A stretch of 59,855 nucleotides of DNA, taken from NCBI GenBank assembly GCA_913009335.1, contig CAJVXN010000007.1, positions 1-59,855 on the forward strand, in the 5' to 3' direction. The notes under the pieces are model-generated. The model did not search any database. It was not told where the DNA came from and worked only from the letters and a program-made list of their open reading frames with translations. A program made the position numbers and the translations under genes. Shown piece by piece: positions 29,993-39,624 of this stretch. This DNA comes from an uncultured bacterium. Its GTDB lineage: Bacteria; Omnitrophota; Gorgyraeia; Ghiorseimicrobiales; Ghiorseimicrobiaceae. Each line of letters starts with the position of its first letter. Positions within the stretch are counted from its first letter, which is position 1.

Positions 29993-32900
29993 TTAGCCTT
30001 CTCCGTTTTTATATCTAAACATAAACCCTGCAATTCTTTGATCAAAACATTAAATGATTCGGGAATCCCCGTATGCAGACGCTGTTCACCTTTTACTATA
30101 GCTTCATAAATATTTGTTCGCCCCTTAACATCATCGCTCTTTACCGTAAGCATCTCCTGCAAGGTAAAGGCGGCACCATATGCCTCAAGCGCCCATACTT
30201 CCATTTCTCCGAAACGCTGACCTCCGAATTGAGCTTTACCGCCTAAAGGCTGCTGCGTTACTAAAGAATAAGGGCCTATTGAACGCGCGTGTATTTTTTC
30301 ATCAACAAGATGAATTAATTTCATCATATAGATGTAGCCTACTGTAACATCCTGCTCAAAAGATTCACCGCTAAATCCGTCACGTAAAACAATCTTACCA
30401 CTCTTAGGAAAGTTTACCTTCTCGAGCATTTCTGTTATCTGGGATTCACTAGCACCATCGAATATTGGACTAGAAATCTTTATACCTAATACTTTTGCTG
30501 CCCAACCTAAATGTGTTTCTAATATCTGCCCTACGTTCATACGCGAAGGCACACCCAAAGGATTTAAGACTATCTCGACTGGTCTACCATCCGGTAAAAA
30601 CGGCAGATCTTCTTCAGGGATAATTCTAGCAACTACACCCTTATTTCCATGACGTCCGGCAAGCTTATCACCAGCGGCAAGTTTCCTCTTAGTTGCTATA
30701 TAAACTACTACTTTTTTCAACACTCCAGGAGAGAGCTCATCACCACGCTTTACTTTTTCAATCTCAGTCTCCTGCTCAGCTATCAATTCCTTAACTTGAC
30801 TATCGCATAAAAAAGCTATTTTTTTAGCAGTTTCATTAGAACTAAAATCCATCTTGAGGACTTTCTTTTTATCTACACCTAAAGCGCGAGCTATTTTATC
30901 TACCTTTTCTTCTTCTAAGTATTCTATTTCCTGATTATAAAATTTCTTTATCTGGCTCATTGCTTTAAGTTCTTTGGATTTATCCTCTTTTGATCTTCTA
31001 CCGCGCTCTTTACGGGCAAATACATGCACATCTACGACTACACCTTCTACGCCGGGCGGAACAGTTAAAGATGTATCCCGTACATCTCCTGCCTTTTCAC
31101 CAAATATCGCACGCAAGAGTCTTTCTTCAGGGGAAAGCTCTGTCTCTGTTTTTGGAGTAACTTTTCCTACAAGTATATCCTCCGGCTCTATTTCTGCGCC
31201 TAAACGAATAATACCGTTCTCATCTAAATTCGAAAGTGCTTCCTCTCCTACATTAGGAATATCCCGGGTTAACTCTTCATTACCCAAACGTGTCTCTCTG
31301 GCCTCAATATCAAATTCTTCAATATGAATAGAAGTAAATATATCCTCTTTAACGATCCTTTCGCTTATCAAAATCGCATCTTCAAAATTATAACCTCTCC
31401 AAGGCATAAACGCGCAAAGAAGATTTTTCCCTAAAGATAATTCTCCCTTATCTGTAGCCTGTCCGTCAGCAATAACCTCACCTTCCTCAACACGCTGCCC
31501 CAAAGACACAATAGGCTTCTGGTTAATGCAGGTATTTGCGTTTGAACGCATAAATTTCTTCAAAGTATACTTATTCTTACCAATCGTTATAGAATTAGCA
31601 TCAACTGCTGAAACCTTGCCGGCTTTATTTGCTATTACGACTGTACCGGAATCAACTGCAACCTTATGCTCAATTGACGTGCCAACTAAAGGAGCCTCGG
31701 AAATCATTAACGGAACAGCCTGTCTCTGCATGTTTGAACCCATAAGCGCACGGTTTGCATCATCATGCTCTAAAAATGGGATCAATGATGCAGCAACCGA
31801 TACAAGCTGCTTAGGTGATACATCCATATACTCTATTTTTTTAGGGTGCACTTTTGGAAAATCTCCCTTAAACCTACATGATACTTCTTTATCTACATAG
31901 TAACCACCGCTATCTAAAGTTGCATTAGCCTGAGCAATATACTTAGTTTCCTCTATGTCAGCTGTTAAATAATCTATTTTACGCGTAACCCGGCCATTTT
32001 CTACCTTACGATATGGAGTCTCAAGTAGCCCCAGATCATTTACGCGGGCAAAACAACTAAGCGATGCGATAAGTCCAATATTGGGACCTTCGGGGGTTTC
32101 AATAGGACAAATTCTGCCGTAATGCGAAGGATGTATATCGCGCACTTCAAAACCAGCCCTCTCCCGTGATAATCCCCCCGGACCAAGAGCGCTAAGCCTT
32201 CTCTTATGAGTCATCTCTGCTAAAGGATTTACCTGATCCATAAATTGTGACAACTGACTTCTGCCAAAAAAATCCTTGATCTGACTGGAAAGAAGCTTTG
32301 AGTTAATAAGATGATGCACCATTAAGTCATCGAAATTTGCTAAAACTAATAACCTCTCCCGAATCGAACGCTCCAGACGGCTTAAGCCTATCCTTACCTG
32401 GTTTTGAACTAACTCACCCACGGTTTTAACGCGACGATTACCTAAATGATCTATATCATCAATAACACCCTTCCCGTGCTTCAGAGTTATTAAATATTTG
32501 ATTACTGAAATTACTGTATCAGCATCTAATGTCCTTCTATCTAAAGAAACATCAAGATCTAACTTACGATTCAGGATAAATCTTCCCGCACGTTCCAAAT
32601 CATATCTTTTCGGATCAAAGAATAAACGATAAAAAAGATTTTCCGCGCTTTCAAGAGTAACAGGCTCAGTAGGACGCATTTTGCGGTAAAAATCTGTTAA
32701 TGCTTCTTCTTTATTTGTTGTGTAATCTTTTTTTAGGGTATTTTCGATTTCAGGATATTCCTGACCGAAACCTCTCATTATTTCTTCATCTGTAGTATAA
32801 CCCATGATACGCAATAACTGAGTTGCCGGAAAATTACGCTTACGATCAACATAAGCAAGGATACTCTCAGAAAGGTCGTATTTAAACTCCAACCATGTTC

Positions 32901-33393
32901 CGCGATAAGGAATTATTCTGCCATAAAATATTCTTTTTCCGGTAGGATGCATTTCCTCTTCAAAACAAACTCCGGGGGAACGCTGCAATTGACTAACGAT
33001 TACACGCTCATCGCCATTTATAACAAAAGTACCGGTTGGCGTCATTAATGGGATTTCCCCAAAATACACTTCCTGTTCTTTTGTCTCGGTAGGCGTTATT
33101 AATCTCAAATCAACTCTTAAAGACGAAGCATAACTCATGCCGCGCTTCTTGCATTCTAAGATATTGTACTTTGGCTTGCTAAGAATATAACTGATAAATT
33201 CTATACGTATTCTCTGATCATGACTTTCGATAGGGAACGCATCAGAAAACACTTCCTGTAATCCTATATCACGCCTTTCTTCCGAAGGGACATCTTCTTG
33301 AAGAAAAGTAACATAGGACAAACGTTGAATATCTAAAAGATCAGGAAGATCATATATTTCTTTAATATTGCCAAAATTTATACGTTTACCCAT
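29989..33393 (-). CDS. rpoB: RNA polymerase beta subunit
   Basis: 1134 aa with GNKGVV and NMQRQAVPL motifs. It shares a 4-nt ATGA overlap with rpoC. Confidence 0.95.
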   Translation of the reverse strand: MGKRINFGNIKEIYDLPDLLDIQRLSYVTFLQEDVPSEERRDIGLQEVFSDAFPIESHDQRIRIEFISYILSKPKYNILECKKRGMSYASSLRVDLRLITPTETKEQEVYFGEIPLMTPTGTFVINGDERVIVSQLQRSPGVCFEEEMHPTGKRIFYGRIIPYRGTWLEFKYDLSESILAYVDRKRNFPATQLLRIMGYTTDEEIMRGFGQEYPEIENTLKKDYTTNKEEALTDFYRKMRPTEPVTLESAENLFYRLFFDPKRYDLERAGRFILNRKLDLDVSLDRRTLDADTVISVIKYLITLKHGKGVIDDIDHLGNRRVKTVGELVQNQVRIGLSRLERSIRERLLVLANFDDLMVHHLINSKLLSSQIKDFFGRSQLSQFMDQVNPLAEMTHKRRLSALGPGGLSRERAGFEVRDIHPSHYGRICPIETPEGPNIGLIASLSCFARVNDLGLLETPYRKVENGRVTRKIDYLTADIEETKYIAQANATLDSGGYYVDKEVSCRFKGDFPKVHPKKIEYMDVSPKQLVSVAASLIPFLEHDDANRALMGSNMQRQAVPLMISEAPLVGTSIEHKVAVDSGTVVIANKAGKVSAVDANSITIGKNKYTLKKFMRSNANTCINQKPIVSLGQRVEEGEVIADGQATDKGELSLGKNLLCAFMPWRGYNFEDAILISERIVKEDIFTSIHIEEFDIEARETRLGNEELTRDIPNVGEEALSNLDENGIIRLGAEIEPEDILVGKVTPKTETELSPEERLLRAIFGEKAGDVRDTSLTVPPGVEGVVVDVHVFARKERGRRSKEDKSKELKAMSQIKKFYNQEIEYLEEEKVDKIARALGVDKKKVLKMDFSSNETAKKIAFLCDSQVKELIAEQETEIEKVKRGDELSPGVLKKVVVYIATKRKLAAGDKLAGRHGNKGVVARIIPEEDLPFLPDGRPVEIVLNPLGVPSRMNVGQILETHLGWAAKVLGIKISSPIFDGASESQITEMLEKVNFPKSGKIVLRDGFSGESFEQDVTVGYIYMMKLIHLVDEKIHARSIGPYSLVTQQPLGGKAQFGGQRFGEMEVWALEAYGAAFTLQEMLTVKSDDVKGRTNIYEAIVKGEQRLHTGIPESFNVLIKELQGLCLDIKTEKAK

Positions 33394-33413
33394 AATTTCC
33401 CAGCGTTTAATAT

Positions 33414-33470
33414 TTAGCGCTAGATACTTTTCATCAATCCTATACCTAATAATAGCTTAGCGCTAGATAC
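33414..33470 (-). repeat. two 14-nt direct repeats TTAGCGCTAGATAC (33414-33427 and 33457-33470) in the rplL-rpoB spacer
   Basis: Exact repeat with a 43-nt period. Each copy contains the palindrome TAGCGCTA. Confidence 0.7.
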
Positions 33471-33487
33471 CTAAGTTATAACAATAA

Positions 33488-33922
33488 TTATTTTAATTCG
33501 ACTGTTGCACCTGCCGCTTCTAATTTCTTCTTTAGTTCTTCGGCTTCCGCTTTAGGTAAGTTTTCTTTAATGGGCTTAGGAGCAGCATCTACCAACTCTT
33601 TAGCCTCTTTCAAGCCCAAGCTAGTTGCGGATCTAACTTCTTTAATTACGGCTATCTTAGTGCCACCAGCCCCGGTCAAAACAACTGAAAAAGCAGTCTT
33701 TTCTTCTTCTGCTGCTCCAGCAGCTGCGGCCACCGGACCTACAGCCATAACCGGCATTGCGGCTGATACACCAAATTTGTCTTCTAAGGCTTTTACCAAA
33801 TCAGAAAGCTCTAATACGCTTAACTCTTCAACTGATTTAATAATTTTCTCCAACTTAGGATCAACCTTTACTTCTTTATCCTGAGCCACATCTTTCTCTT
33901 TTACTTCTGTTTTTGCTTCCAT
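33488..33922 (-). CDS. rplL: ribosomal protein L7/L12 (N-terminal extension of about 20 aa)
   Basis: Contains [20 protein letters not shown] and ends [14 protein letters not shown]. Confidence 0.93.
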   Translation of the reverse strand: MEAKTEVKEKDVAQDKEVKVDPKLEKIIKSVEELSVLELSDLVKALEDKFGVSAAMPVMAVGPVAAAAGAAEEEKTAFSVVLTGAGGTKIAVIKEVRSATSLGLKEAKELVDAAPKPIKENLPKAEAEELKKKLEAAGATVELK

Positions 33923-33997
33923 TTTGTGTCCCTCCGTATTTGTACTTTTACTTCTATTAATTACCGATGTATATTAAAATAAAAAACAGTACACGCT

Positions 33998-34534
33998 TTA
34001 CTGTTTTTCTTTTTCTTTCTTCTCTTTTATGGCATTTAATACATATATAGGTTTTTTAACCAGAGCGCTTAAACCAAAGACTAAATTGGTAATCGGTGCC
34101 TTAATACACGAAACAAATTTTGCCCGAAGCTCTTCAACTGAAGGCATGCTAGCCAAATAGGCAAGTTCGTCCTGACCAACCATCTTCTGCTCTAAAATAC
34201 CTCCCTGAAATTCCAACGCTTTATGTTCCTTGATAAACGCGGAAATAATCTTACATATTGCAATCGGATCATCATAGCCAAAAACAAATGCTGTCTGTCC
34301 GCCCAACAAATCAACAAGACCCTTCATATCCACTTCTTTTAAGACGCGGTTTGCCAAAGAATTTTTAGCAATAAATAACTTGCCATTATTCTGAGATAAA
34401 TTATTTCTTAACTTGGTTAGCTCACTGGATTTAACCCCGGCATAACGCACTATAAACAGACTATTCGTATCCGCTAATCTCTTTTTAAACTCTTTTTCAA
34501 GCGTTGAACGGTAAATCCTACCTATTCTTTCCAT
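33998..34534 (-). CDS. rplJ: ribosomal protein L10
   Basis: 178 aa in the conserved position upstream of rplL. Confidence 0.93.
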   Translation of the reverse strand: MERIGRIYRSTLEKEFKKRLADTNSLFIVRYAGVKSSELTKLRNNLSQNNGKLFIAKNSLANRVLKEVDMKGLVDLLGGQTAFVFGYDDPIAICKIISAFIKEHKALEFQGGILEQKMVGQDELAYLASMPSVEELRAKFVSCIKAPITNLVFGLSALVKKPIYVLNAIKEKKEKEKQ

Positions 34535-34590
34535 AATATATACTCACTAAATATAAAATTATCCCCGTTTGATTCAATACCAATAGGGAT

Positions 34591-35271
34591 TTAAACGTTT
34601 ATTCTAACTCCCGGACCCATAGTAGTAGAAAGTGAAACGTTCTTTATGAATTTTCCTTTAACCGAAGATGGCTTAGCAGCTGTCAAGCTCTCCATAAACT
34701 TTGAAACATTCTCATAAATCTTTTGCTCATCAAATGAAACCCTTCCCACGGAACAATGAATACCAGATTGCTTGTCTACTCTAAATTCGACTTTTCCGGC
34801 TTTAATTTGCTTAACCGCTGCTGTAACATCATTAGTAACAGTGCCTGTTTTAGGAGAAGGCATGAGACCACGCGGGCCTAATACTTTACCCAGCTTACTT
34901 AGATCACGCATCATTTCAGGAGTTGCCACAGCTACATCAAAACCTAACCAGCCGCCGGAAACCTTATCCATCAAATCCTGCGCTCCCACAAAATCTGCAT
35001 CTGCTGCGCGCGCGGCTTTCTCTGCCTCTCCTTTAGCAAATACAGCAACGCGAACCTTTCGCCCTGTACCATGAGGCAAAATAACAGTGCCTCTGACCAT
35101 CTGGTCAGCTTTCTTAGGGTCAACGTTAAGAGATAAATCCAGATCTACTGATTGATCAAATTTTGGCTGAGGTATCTTCTTAAAAATACTAATCGCCTCT
35201 TTTAAATCATATGTCTTACTCTGATCTACTGACTCTAATCCCTGTTTAAAACGTTTGCTATATTTTTTCAT
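34591..35271 (-). CDS. rplA: ribosomal protein L1
   Basis: From the ATG at 35269-35271 the protein reads MKKYSKRFKQGLESVDQSKTYDLKEA. The ORF-track TTG at 35283 overlaps rplK. Confidence 0.92.
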   Translation of the reverse strand: MKKYSKRFKQGLESVDQSKTYDLKEAISIFKKIPQPKFDQSVDLDLSLNVDPKKADQMVRGTVILPHGTGRKVRVAVFAKGEAEKAARAADADFVGAQDLMDKVSGGWLGFDVAVATPEMMRDLSKLGKVLGPRGLMPSPKTGTVTNDVTAAVKQIKAGKVEFRVDKQSGIHCSVGRVSFDEQKIYENVSKFMESLTAAKPSSVKGKFIKNVSLSTTMGPGVRINV

Positions 35272-35272
35272 T

Positions 35273-35701
35273 TTACTTAACAACCTCTATACCCATACTA
35301 CGGGCAGTACCGGCTATAGTTTTTACAGCTTTCTCTATATCCAAAGTGTTTAAATCTTTTAATTTTAGCTGTGCTATTTCTTCAACCTGCTTACGAGTTA
35401 TCTGGGCAATCTTCTCTTTCCCGGCCTCACCCGATGCCTTAGCTAAATTGCAGGCTCTTTTTAAAAGAATAGATGATGGCGGGCTTTTAATTATGAAATC
35501 GAAACTTCTATCTTCATAAACACTAATAACTACAGGAAGAATTAAACCATCTCTATCCTTTGTCCTTTCGTTAAAATCCTTACAAAACTGCATAATATTT
35601 ACGCCATGCTGACCTAAAGCCGGCCCTACAGGCGGTGCTGGATTTGCTGCTCCAGCCGGCACATGCAATTTTATTTGAGTCTTTACTTTTTTCTTAGCCA
35701 T
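35273..35701 (-). CDS. rplK: ribosomal protein L11
   Basis: Contains [35 protein letters not shown]. Confidence 0.95.
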   Translation of the reverse strand: MAKKKVKTQIKLHVPAGAANPAPPVGPALGQHGVNIMQFCKDFNERTKDRDGLILPVVISVYEDRSFDFIIKSPPSSILLKRACNLAKASGEAGKEKIAQITRKQVEEIAQLKLKDLNTLDIEKAVKTIAGTARSMGIEVVK

Positions 35702-35702
35702 T

Positions 35703-36230
35703 TTATACCTTCTCTACTTGCCAATATTCTAATTCAACGGGCGTTGATCTCCCAAAGATGGAAACGGAAACCTTAATCTTTCCTTTCTCGGGATAAATCT
35801 CTTCGATTGTGCCATTAAAATTAACAAATGGTCCATCGGTTACCCGAACCTGCTCACCTTGATCAAAAACTGTTTTTGGGCTGGGCTTAACCTGTGTTTC
35901 TTCTGTACGTTTTAGGATGCTTTCTACTTCCGTATCAGGTAACGGCATCGGTTTCTTGCCGACTCCAATAAAACCAGTAACTCCGGGAGTACCCTTTATT
36001 ACAAGATAGGCCCGCTCTGTCAAATCCATTTCTACTAGGAGATATCCTGGAAAGAATTTTCGTTCTGAGATTCTCTTCTTTCCGCTTCTAATCTCCGCAA
36101 CCTGCTCGGTTGGTATAAGCAGCCTGGTTATTTCCTCATTTAATCCGGATGAAGATATTCTGCCCTCCAGGCTTATTTTCACCTTGTCTTCAGCTCCGGT
36201 TTGAGTATGTACTACATACCATTTTTTCAT
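35703..36230 (-). CDS. nusG: transcription antitermination factor NusG
   Basis: N-terminus is [17 protein letters not shown], with a C-terminal KOW motif. Confidence 0.95.
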   Translation of the reverse strand: MKKWYVVHTQTGAEDKVKISLEGRISSSGLNEEITRLLIPTEQVAEIRSGKKRISERKFFPGYLLVEMDLTERAYLVIKGTPGVTGFIGVGKKPMPLPDTEVESILKRTEETQVKPSPKTVFDQGEQVRVTDGPFVNFNGTIEEIYPEKGKIKVSVSIFGRSTPVELEYWQVEKV

Positions 36231-36341
36231 ATCTTATTAAAGCTTTTCCTACCTAATGGAATATTATTTAGACACAATTTCGAAAAGGAAAAGATAATAT
36301 TAACTTCCTTTAGTACTAGAAAGGCCAATGAACAACTCTTG

Positions 36342-36614
36342 CTATTTAATTATCGTCAGCATGCGGCTTAAAGTTTCGGCAAAAACAAAATCAATTGCAC
36401 CGATAAACGTAGCTAACATCGCCGTGATGATTATTACCATCATAGTAGCAGCTAGAAGCTCCTTACGAGTTGACCATGAAACTTTTTTCAACTCAGCTCT
36501 CACCTCAAGGATAAATTTCTTTATCTTAGCAAAATGCTTGATGACAAGAACTAACAGAACTGCGCCAGCCGCACCTAAAAGTATTTGTTTTAAATTATCA
36601 CTTAACCATTCCAT
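36342..36614 (-). CDS. secE: preprotein translocase subunit SecE
   Basis: Contains EVRAELKKVSWSTRKEL followed by a TM helix, in the canonical position before nusG. Confidence 0.88.
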   Translation of the reverse strand: MEWLSDNLKQILLGAAGAVLLVLVIKHFAKIKKFILEVRAELKKVSWSTRKELLAATMMVIIITAMLATFIGAIDFVFAETLSRMLTIIK

Positions 36615-36626
36615 AATATCAAATTG

Positions 36627-36649
36627 GCAGGAGCGGCAGGAGTCGAACC
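36627..36649 (-). repeat. 23-nt perfect duplicate of the tRNA-Trp 3' end (T-loop plus acceptor 3' strand), followed by CCA
   Basis: GGTTCGACTCCTGCCGCTCCTGC is identical to 36804-36826. No matching 5' acceptor strand or intact T-stem lies upstream of it. Confidence 0.85.
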
Positions 36650-36804
36650 GTCGTAGCTATCGCTACTCCTCATAGGGGCTACTTGCCCCTCTGATGCTCT
36701 CCGCCTGCGGCGGGTCGCTATCACCCCGTAGCATAAAATTCCAGCTACTCATTGAGGGAAAAATATTTTCCCTCAAACTCCCTTTTGGTTCTCCCTTTTG
36801 GAAG

Positions 36805-36875
36805 CAGGAGCGGCAGGAGTCGAACCTGCAGTCACGGTTTTGGAGACCGTTGGTTTGCCCTTAACCGACGCTCCT
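36805..36875 (-). tRNA. tRNA-Trp (anticodon CCA), no encoded CCA tail
   Basis: Hand-folded as AGGAGCG-TC-GGTT-AAGGGCA-AACC-A-ACGGT-CTCCAAA-ACCGT-GACT-GCAGG-TTCGACT-CCTGC-CGCTCCT-G. All four stems pair and the discriminator is G. Confidence 0.9.
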
Positions 36876-36974
36876 TTTATCTTTGTGTGACTTTAGAGAG
36901 GACGTCGCTATCGCGAACTACAACAAAACCCTGCTTTCTTTTTAGACTCCCTGAATCTTTTTTAAAAGAACGCC

Positions 36975-37124
36975 TTATTTAATTTCCTTATGTACGATAT
37001 GTTTCCGGCAAAACTTACAGAATTTTTTTAGCTCTAATCTTTCCGTATGTTTTCTCTTATCTTTTGTAGTCGTATAATTTCGGCTTTCACAATCAGTACA
37101 TTCTAATGTTATAATTTCTCGCAT
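36975..37124 (-). CDS. rpmG: ribosomal protein L33 (Zn-binding form)
   Basis: [49 protein letters not shown]. The longer ORF-track version reads through tRNA-Thr. Confidence 0.9.
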   Translation of the reverse strand: MREIITLECTDCESRNYTTTKDKRKHTERLELKKFCKFCRKHIVHKEIK

Positions 37125-37165
37125 TTTACTATATTTAAATTTACTTCTCGTTGCTCGTCGGAAAA

Positions 37166-37238
37166 AGCCCCCGATCGGAATTGAACCGATGACCCCGTCC
37201 TTACCAAGGACGTGCTCTGCCAACTGAGCTACGAGGGC
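37166..37238 (-). tRNA. tRNA-Thr (anticodon GGT)
   Basis: Hand-folded as GCCCTCG-TA-GCTC-AGTTGGCA-GAGC-A-CGTCC-TTGGTAA-GGACG-GGGTC-ATCGG-TTCAATT-CCGAT-CGGGGGC-T. Confidence 0.9.
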
Positions 37239-37256
37239 AGATTACACAAACTCCTT

Positions 37257-37284
37257 AGTATAGCGGAAAATTTTTTTTTGTCAA
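37257..37284 (-). promoter_or_regulatory. sigma70-like promoter upstream of tRNA-Thr: TTGACA-16 nt-TATACT
   Basis: The -35 is at 37279-37284 and the -10 at 37257-37262. The -10 ends about 19 nt before the tRNA 5' end. Confidence 0.6.
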
Positions 37285-37336
37285 GTATTTTTTTAATGAA
37301 AGGATAGTCCAGCTATTTGAAGGGATTAGACAAAAA

Positions 37337-38650
37337 CTACCTGTAGACAAGATTGTTAAAAAGACGTTCAATAGAACTATCGGAACAAATCTCTTTCAGT
37401 TCCACATCCAACAATATTCCCTCCTCTAATAGAACCTCAATAAACGCATCAACGAGATTCGGGTCAAGTTGAGTTGACTTTGCTTTGATTAATTCCTTAA
37501 CGGCATCTTTTATTGTAAAAGGTATTTTGCGATACGGCCGGGCATTAGTCATCGCATCAAAAGTATCCAACACCGAAGCAATCCTGGCCCCCACAGGAAT
37601 TTTATCCCCTTTTAATCCTTCAGGATAACCCGTGCCGTCATAGCGCTCCTGATGGTATCGTATAATCGCGGCAACCTCTTGGAGTCCGTCAATTTGCTCA
37701 AATATCTCTGCGCCGTCAACCGGATGCTTTTTTAAAATAACCCAGTCCTCATCGGTTAATCGGCCTTCTTTATACAAAATCTCCTTCGGGGTATACTGCT
37801 TACCAATATCATGTAAAAAAATTGACGAAAGAAACAACTCCCTAGGCATATCAGGAAGCACAACTCCTCTTTTATCCAACTTTTCTACCAATCGCGCTGC
37901 CATCTTAAACATTCTATCCATGTGAGGGCGAATAAAATCAGGGTCAAACTTTTCAATGCTAAGAGCCATTGCTTGAATAACACCAAAAAATATTTTTTGG
38001 ATATTTTTATATAACTGCGCATTCCTAATAGCCATAACCGCAGTTCGCGCAAGCGCCATAAAAAAATCCAGTTCGTCCTGATGGAATTTATTACGATTGG
38101 CTTTCCTCCCTAGGAATAAAACACCTAAAAGATTATCCTTCTGGAAATAACCCGGAACAAGCGCGTCAACATCATAATTTATCATCTCATCGCGTATCTT
38201 GATAATAGATAGCTTAAAATTTTTCTCTTTGGATCCTATCTCTTTTCTTTTTAATAAGTTATTTAAATCATCAAGGCGAATAACCCCGCTCTTATTAATA
38301 GAATAATTCTTGCGCGACTTAAAAAATTTTATTAACACATCATCGGCCTCTATGCGAATATACTCCCTGGGAATAACAGAACCTTTCCTGCCGCGAGAAG
38401 TACTTAAAACATAGAATTTTTTTGTTTCATCGTATAAAAGAATACCGGCATGGACAAGCTTTACTTTTTTTACAATCATGTAAACAATGAGCCGGATAAG
38501 CTTCTCGATATCTAAAATCTCGACCATACCTTCTGTGGCTAATTCTAATGAACGCTTATACTCACTAAAAGACAAGCTACCTTTCGAAGAACCTCTCGCG
38601 GGACGCCGCTTAGGAGCGCGCTTTCGGATTTTAGATTTCGCAGGACGCAT
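37337..38650 (-). CDS. GAF-like N-terminal domain plus HD-GYP domain protein (putative c-di-GMP phosphodiesterase)
   Basis: Contains HDIGK...HPVDGAEI...RYHQERYDGTGYPEGLKGDKIP...DTFDAMT. Confidence 0.85.
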   Translation of the reverse strand: MRPAKSKIRKRAPKRRPARGSSKGSLSFSEYKRSLELATEGMVEILDIEKLIRLIVYMIVKKVKLVHAGILLYDETKKFYVLSTSRGRKGSVIPREYIRIEADDVLIKFFKSRKNYSINKSGVIRLDDLNNLLKRKEIGSKEKNFKLSIIKIRDEMINYDVDALVPGYFQKDNLLGVLFLGRKANRNKFHQDELDFFMALARTAVMAIRNAQLYKNIQKIFFGVIQAMALSIEKFDPDFIRPHMDRMFKMAARLVEKLDKRGVVLPDMPRELFLSSIFLHDIGKQYTPKEILYKEGRLTDEDWVILKKHPVDGAEIFEQIDGLQEVAAIIRYHQERYDGTGYPEGLKGDKIPVGARIASVLDTFDAMTNARPYRKIPFTIKDAVKELIKAKSTQLDPNLVDAFIEVLLEEGILLDVELKEICSDSSIERLFNNLVYR

Positions 38651-39039
38651 TAATTATCCTCTAATTGCTTTATTTCATCAACAAAACTCATCACACGGCT
38701 ATCAAGCTCTTTTAAGAGAATAGGCTTAGTAAGATAGCAAGAAACACCCAGTGTCTTTAAATATTCTATCTGTTCTTTATTATCAATCGCGCTGACAATT
38801 ATAACGTAAGGTACGTCTCTTTTTTCCTTGATTCGCTTTAATGTTTCTATGCCGTTTATTCCCTTCATCATAATATCAAGAATAATAATATCCGGATCTT
38901 CTCTTTCAAAAACATCAAGTGCCTCCTCTCCGGAAAGAGCAAAAAATACATTCAAACCTTTTTTCTTAAAACGCTGCTCAATATAATTACAAACTATCTC
39001 TTCATCATCAACAACAAGCATCTTAATCTTCTTATGCAC
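38650..39039 (-). CDS. stand-alone response-regulator receiver (CheY-like)
   Basis: 129 aa with MLVVDDEEIV...IILDIMMKGINGIETLKRIK. Its stop overlaps the next start as TAATG. Confidence 0.88.
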   Translation of the reverse strand: MHKKIKMLVVDDEEIVCNYIEQRFKKKGLNVFFALSGEEALDVFEREDPDIIILDIMMKGINGIETLKRIKEKRDVPYVIIVSAIDNKEQIEYLKTLGVSCYLTKPILLKELDSRVMSFVDEIKQLEDN

Positions 39040-39072
39040 GATGCACCCTCCTAAAGGTTTAATGAAATACTT

Positions 39073-39459
39073 CTATTTATCCTTTAAGCCTTTATGCAAT
39101 TTTAGCACAGTATCTATTATATTCAAAAGTGAATCAAAATTCTCTTCTTTAGCAAAAAAACCCGACACGCCTAACTTTTGACAAGTATCTAACCTATCCT
39201 GCGTACCATAAGCAGTAATCATTATTACCGGCAGCTTCTCATTAATCTCTCTTATTTTACGCAGGGTCTCAACTCCATCCATAAGAGGCATGCTTATATC
39301 TAGAAAAACCATATCCGGCGGATTCTTCCTTACAGCCTCGAGGGCTTCGGCCCCATTACTTTTTGAGACTACGTTATAATTCTTTGCCTTTAACCAATAA
39401 CTCAACATATAATTGAAATCAATCTCATCATCAACAACCATAATCGTGACTTTAGACAT
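39073..39459 (-). CDS. stand-alone response-regulator receiver (CheY-like)
   Basis: 128 aa with IMVVDDEIDF...VFLDISMPLMDGVETLRKIRE. Confidence 0.88.
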   Translation of the reverse strand: MSKVTIMVVDDEIDFNYMLSYWLKAKNYNVVSKSNGAEALEAVRKNPPDMVFLDISMPLMDGVETLRKIREINEKLPVIMITAYGTQDRLDTCQKLGVSGFFAKEENFDSLLNIIDTVLKLHKGLKDK

Positions 39460-39556
39460 GCTTCCCTCCTGATAAAATAACAGTTAAAATTAAACCTTTA
39501 ACAGCTTAAAAATTATCCTCATAACTACCATACAACACAACATGTTACATTGTGAT

Positions 39557-39586
39557 ATTATATACCTTGTATACATAAAAAATCAA
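39557..39586 (-). promoter_or_regulatory. possible promoter for the receiver/HD-GYP operon: TTGATT-18 nt-TATAAT
   Basis: The -35 is at 39581-39586 and the -10 at 39557-39562, in the rsmA-receiver spacer. Confidence 0.4.
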
Positions 39587-39624
39587 GCTAAATTAATCTT
39601 GGGGTTTAACCTAATAGCTCAGGC

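Noticed and set aside
36627-36700. Considered whether the second tRNA-like 3' end is a real tRNA, a tRNA with an intron, or a tmRNA.
   Set aside because: There is no 5' strand able to pair with CGCTCCT. The T-stem is broken (GACGG versus CCTGC gives 3 of 5 pairs). There is no anticodon arm, the region is far too short for a tmRNA, and there is no Ala-type acceptor. It is retained only as a duplicated 3'-end fragment.
36328-36982. Plus-strand ORFs 36328-36675 and 36752-36982.
   Set aside because: They are antisense to secE and run across the tRNA-Trp and pseudo-tRNA region. They are artefacts.
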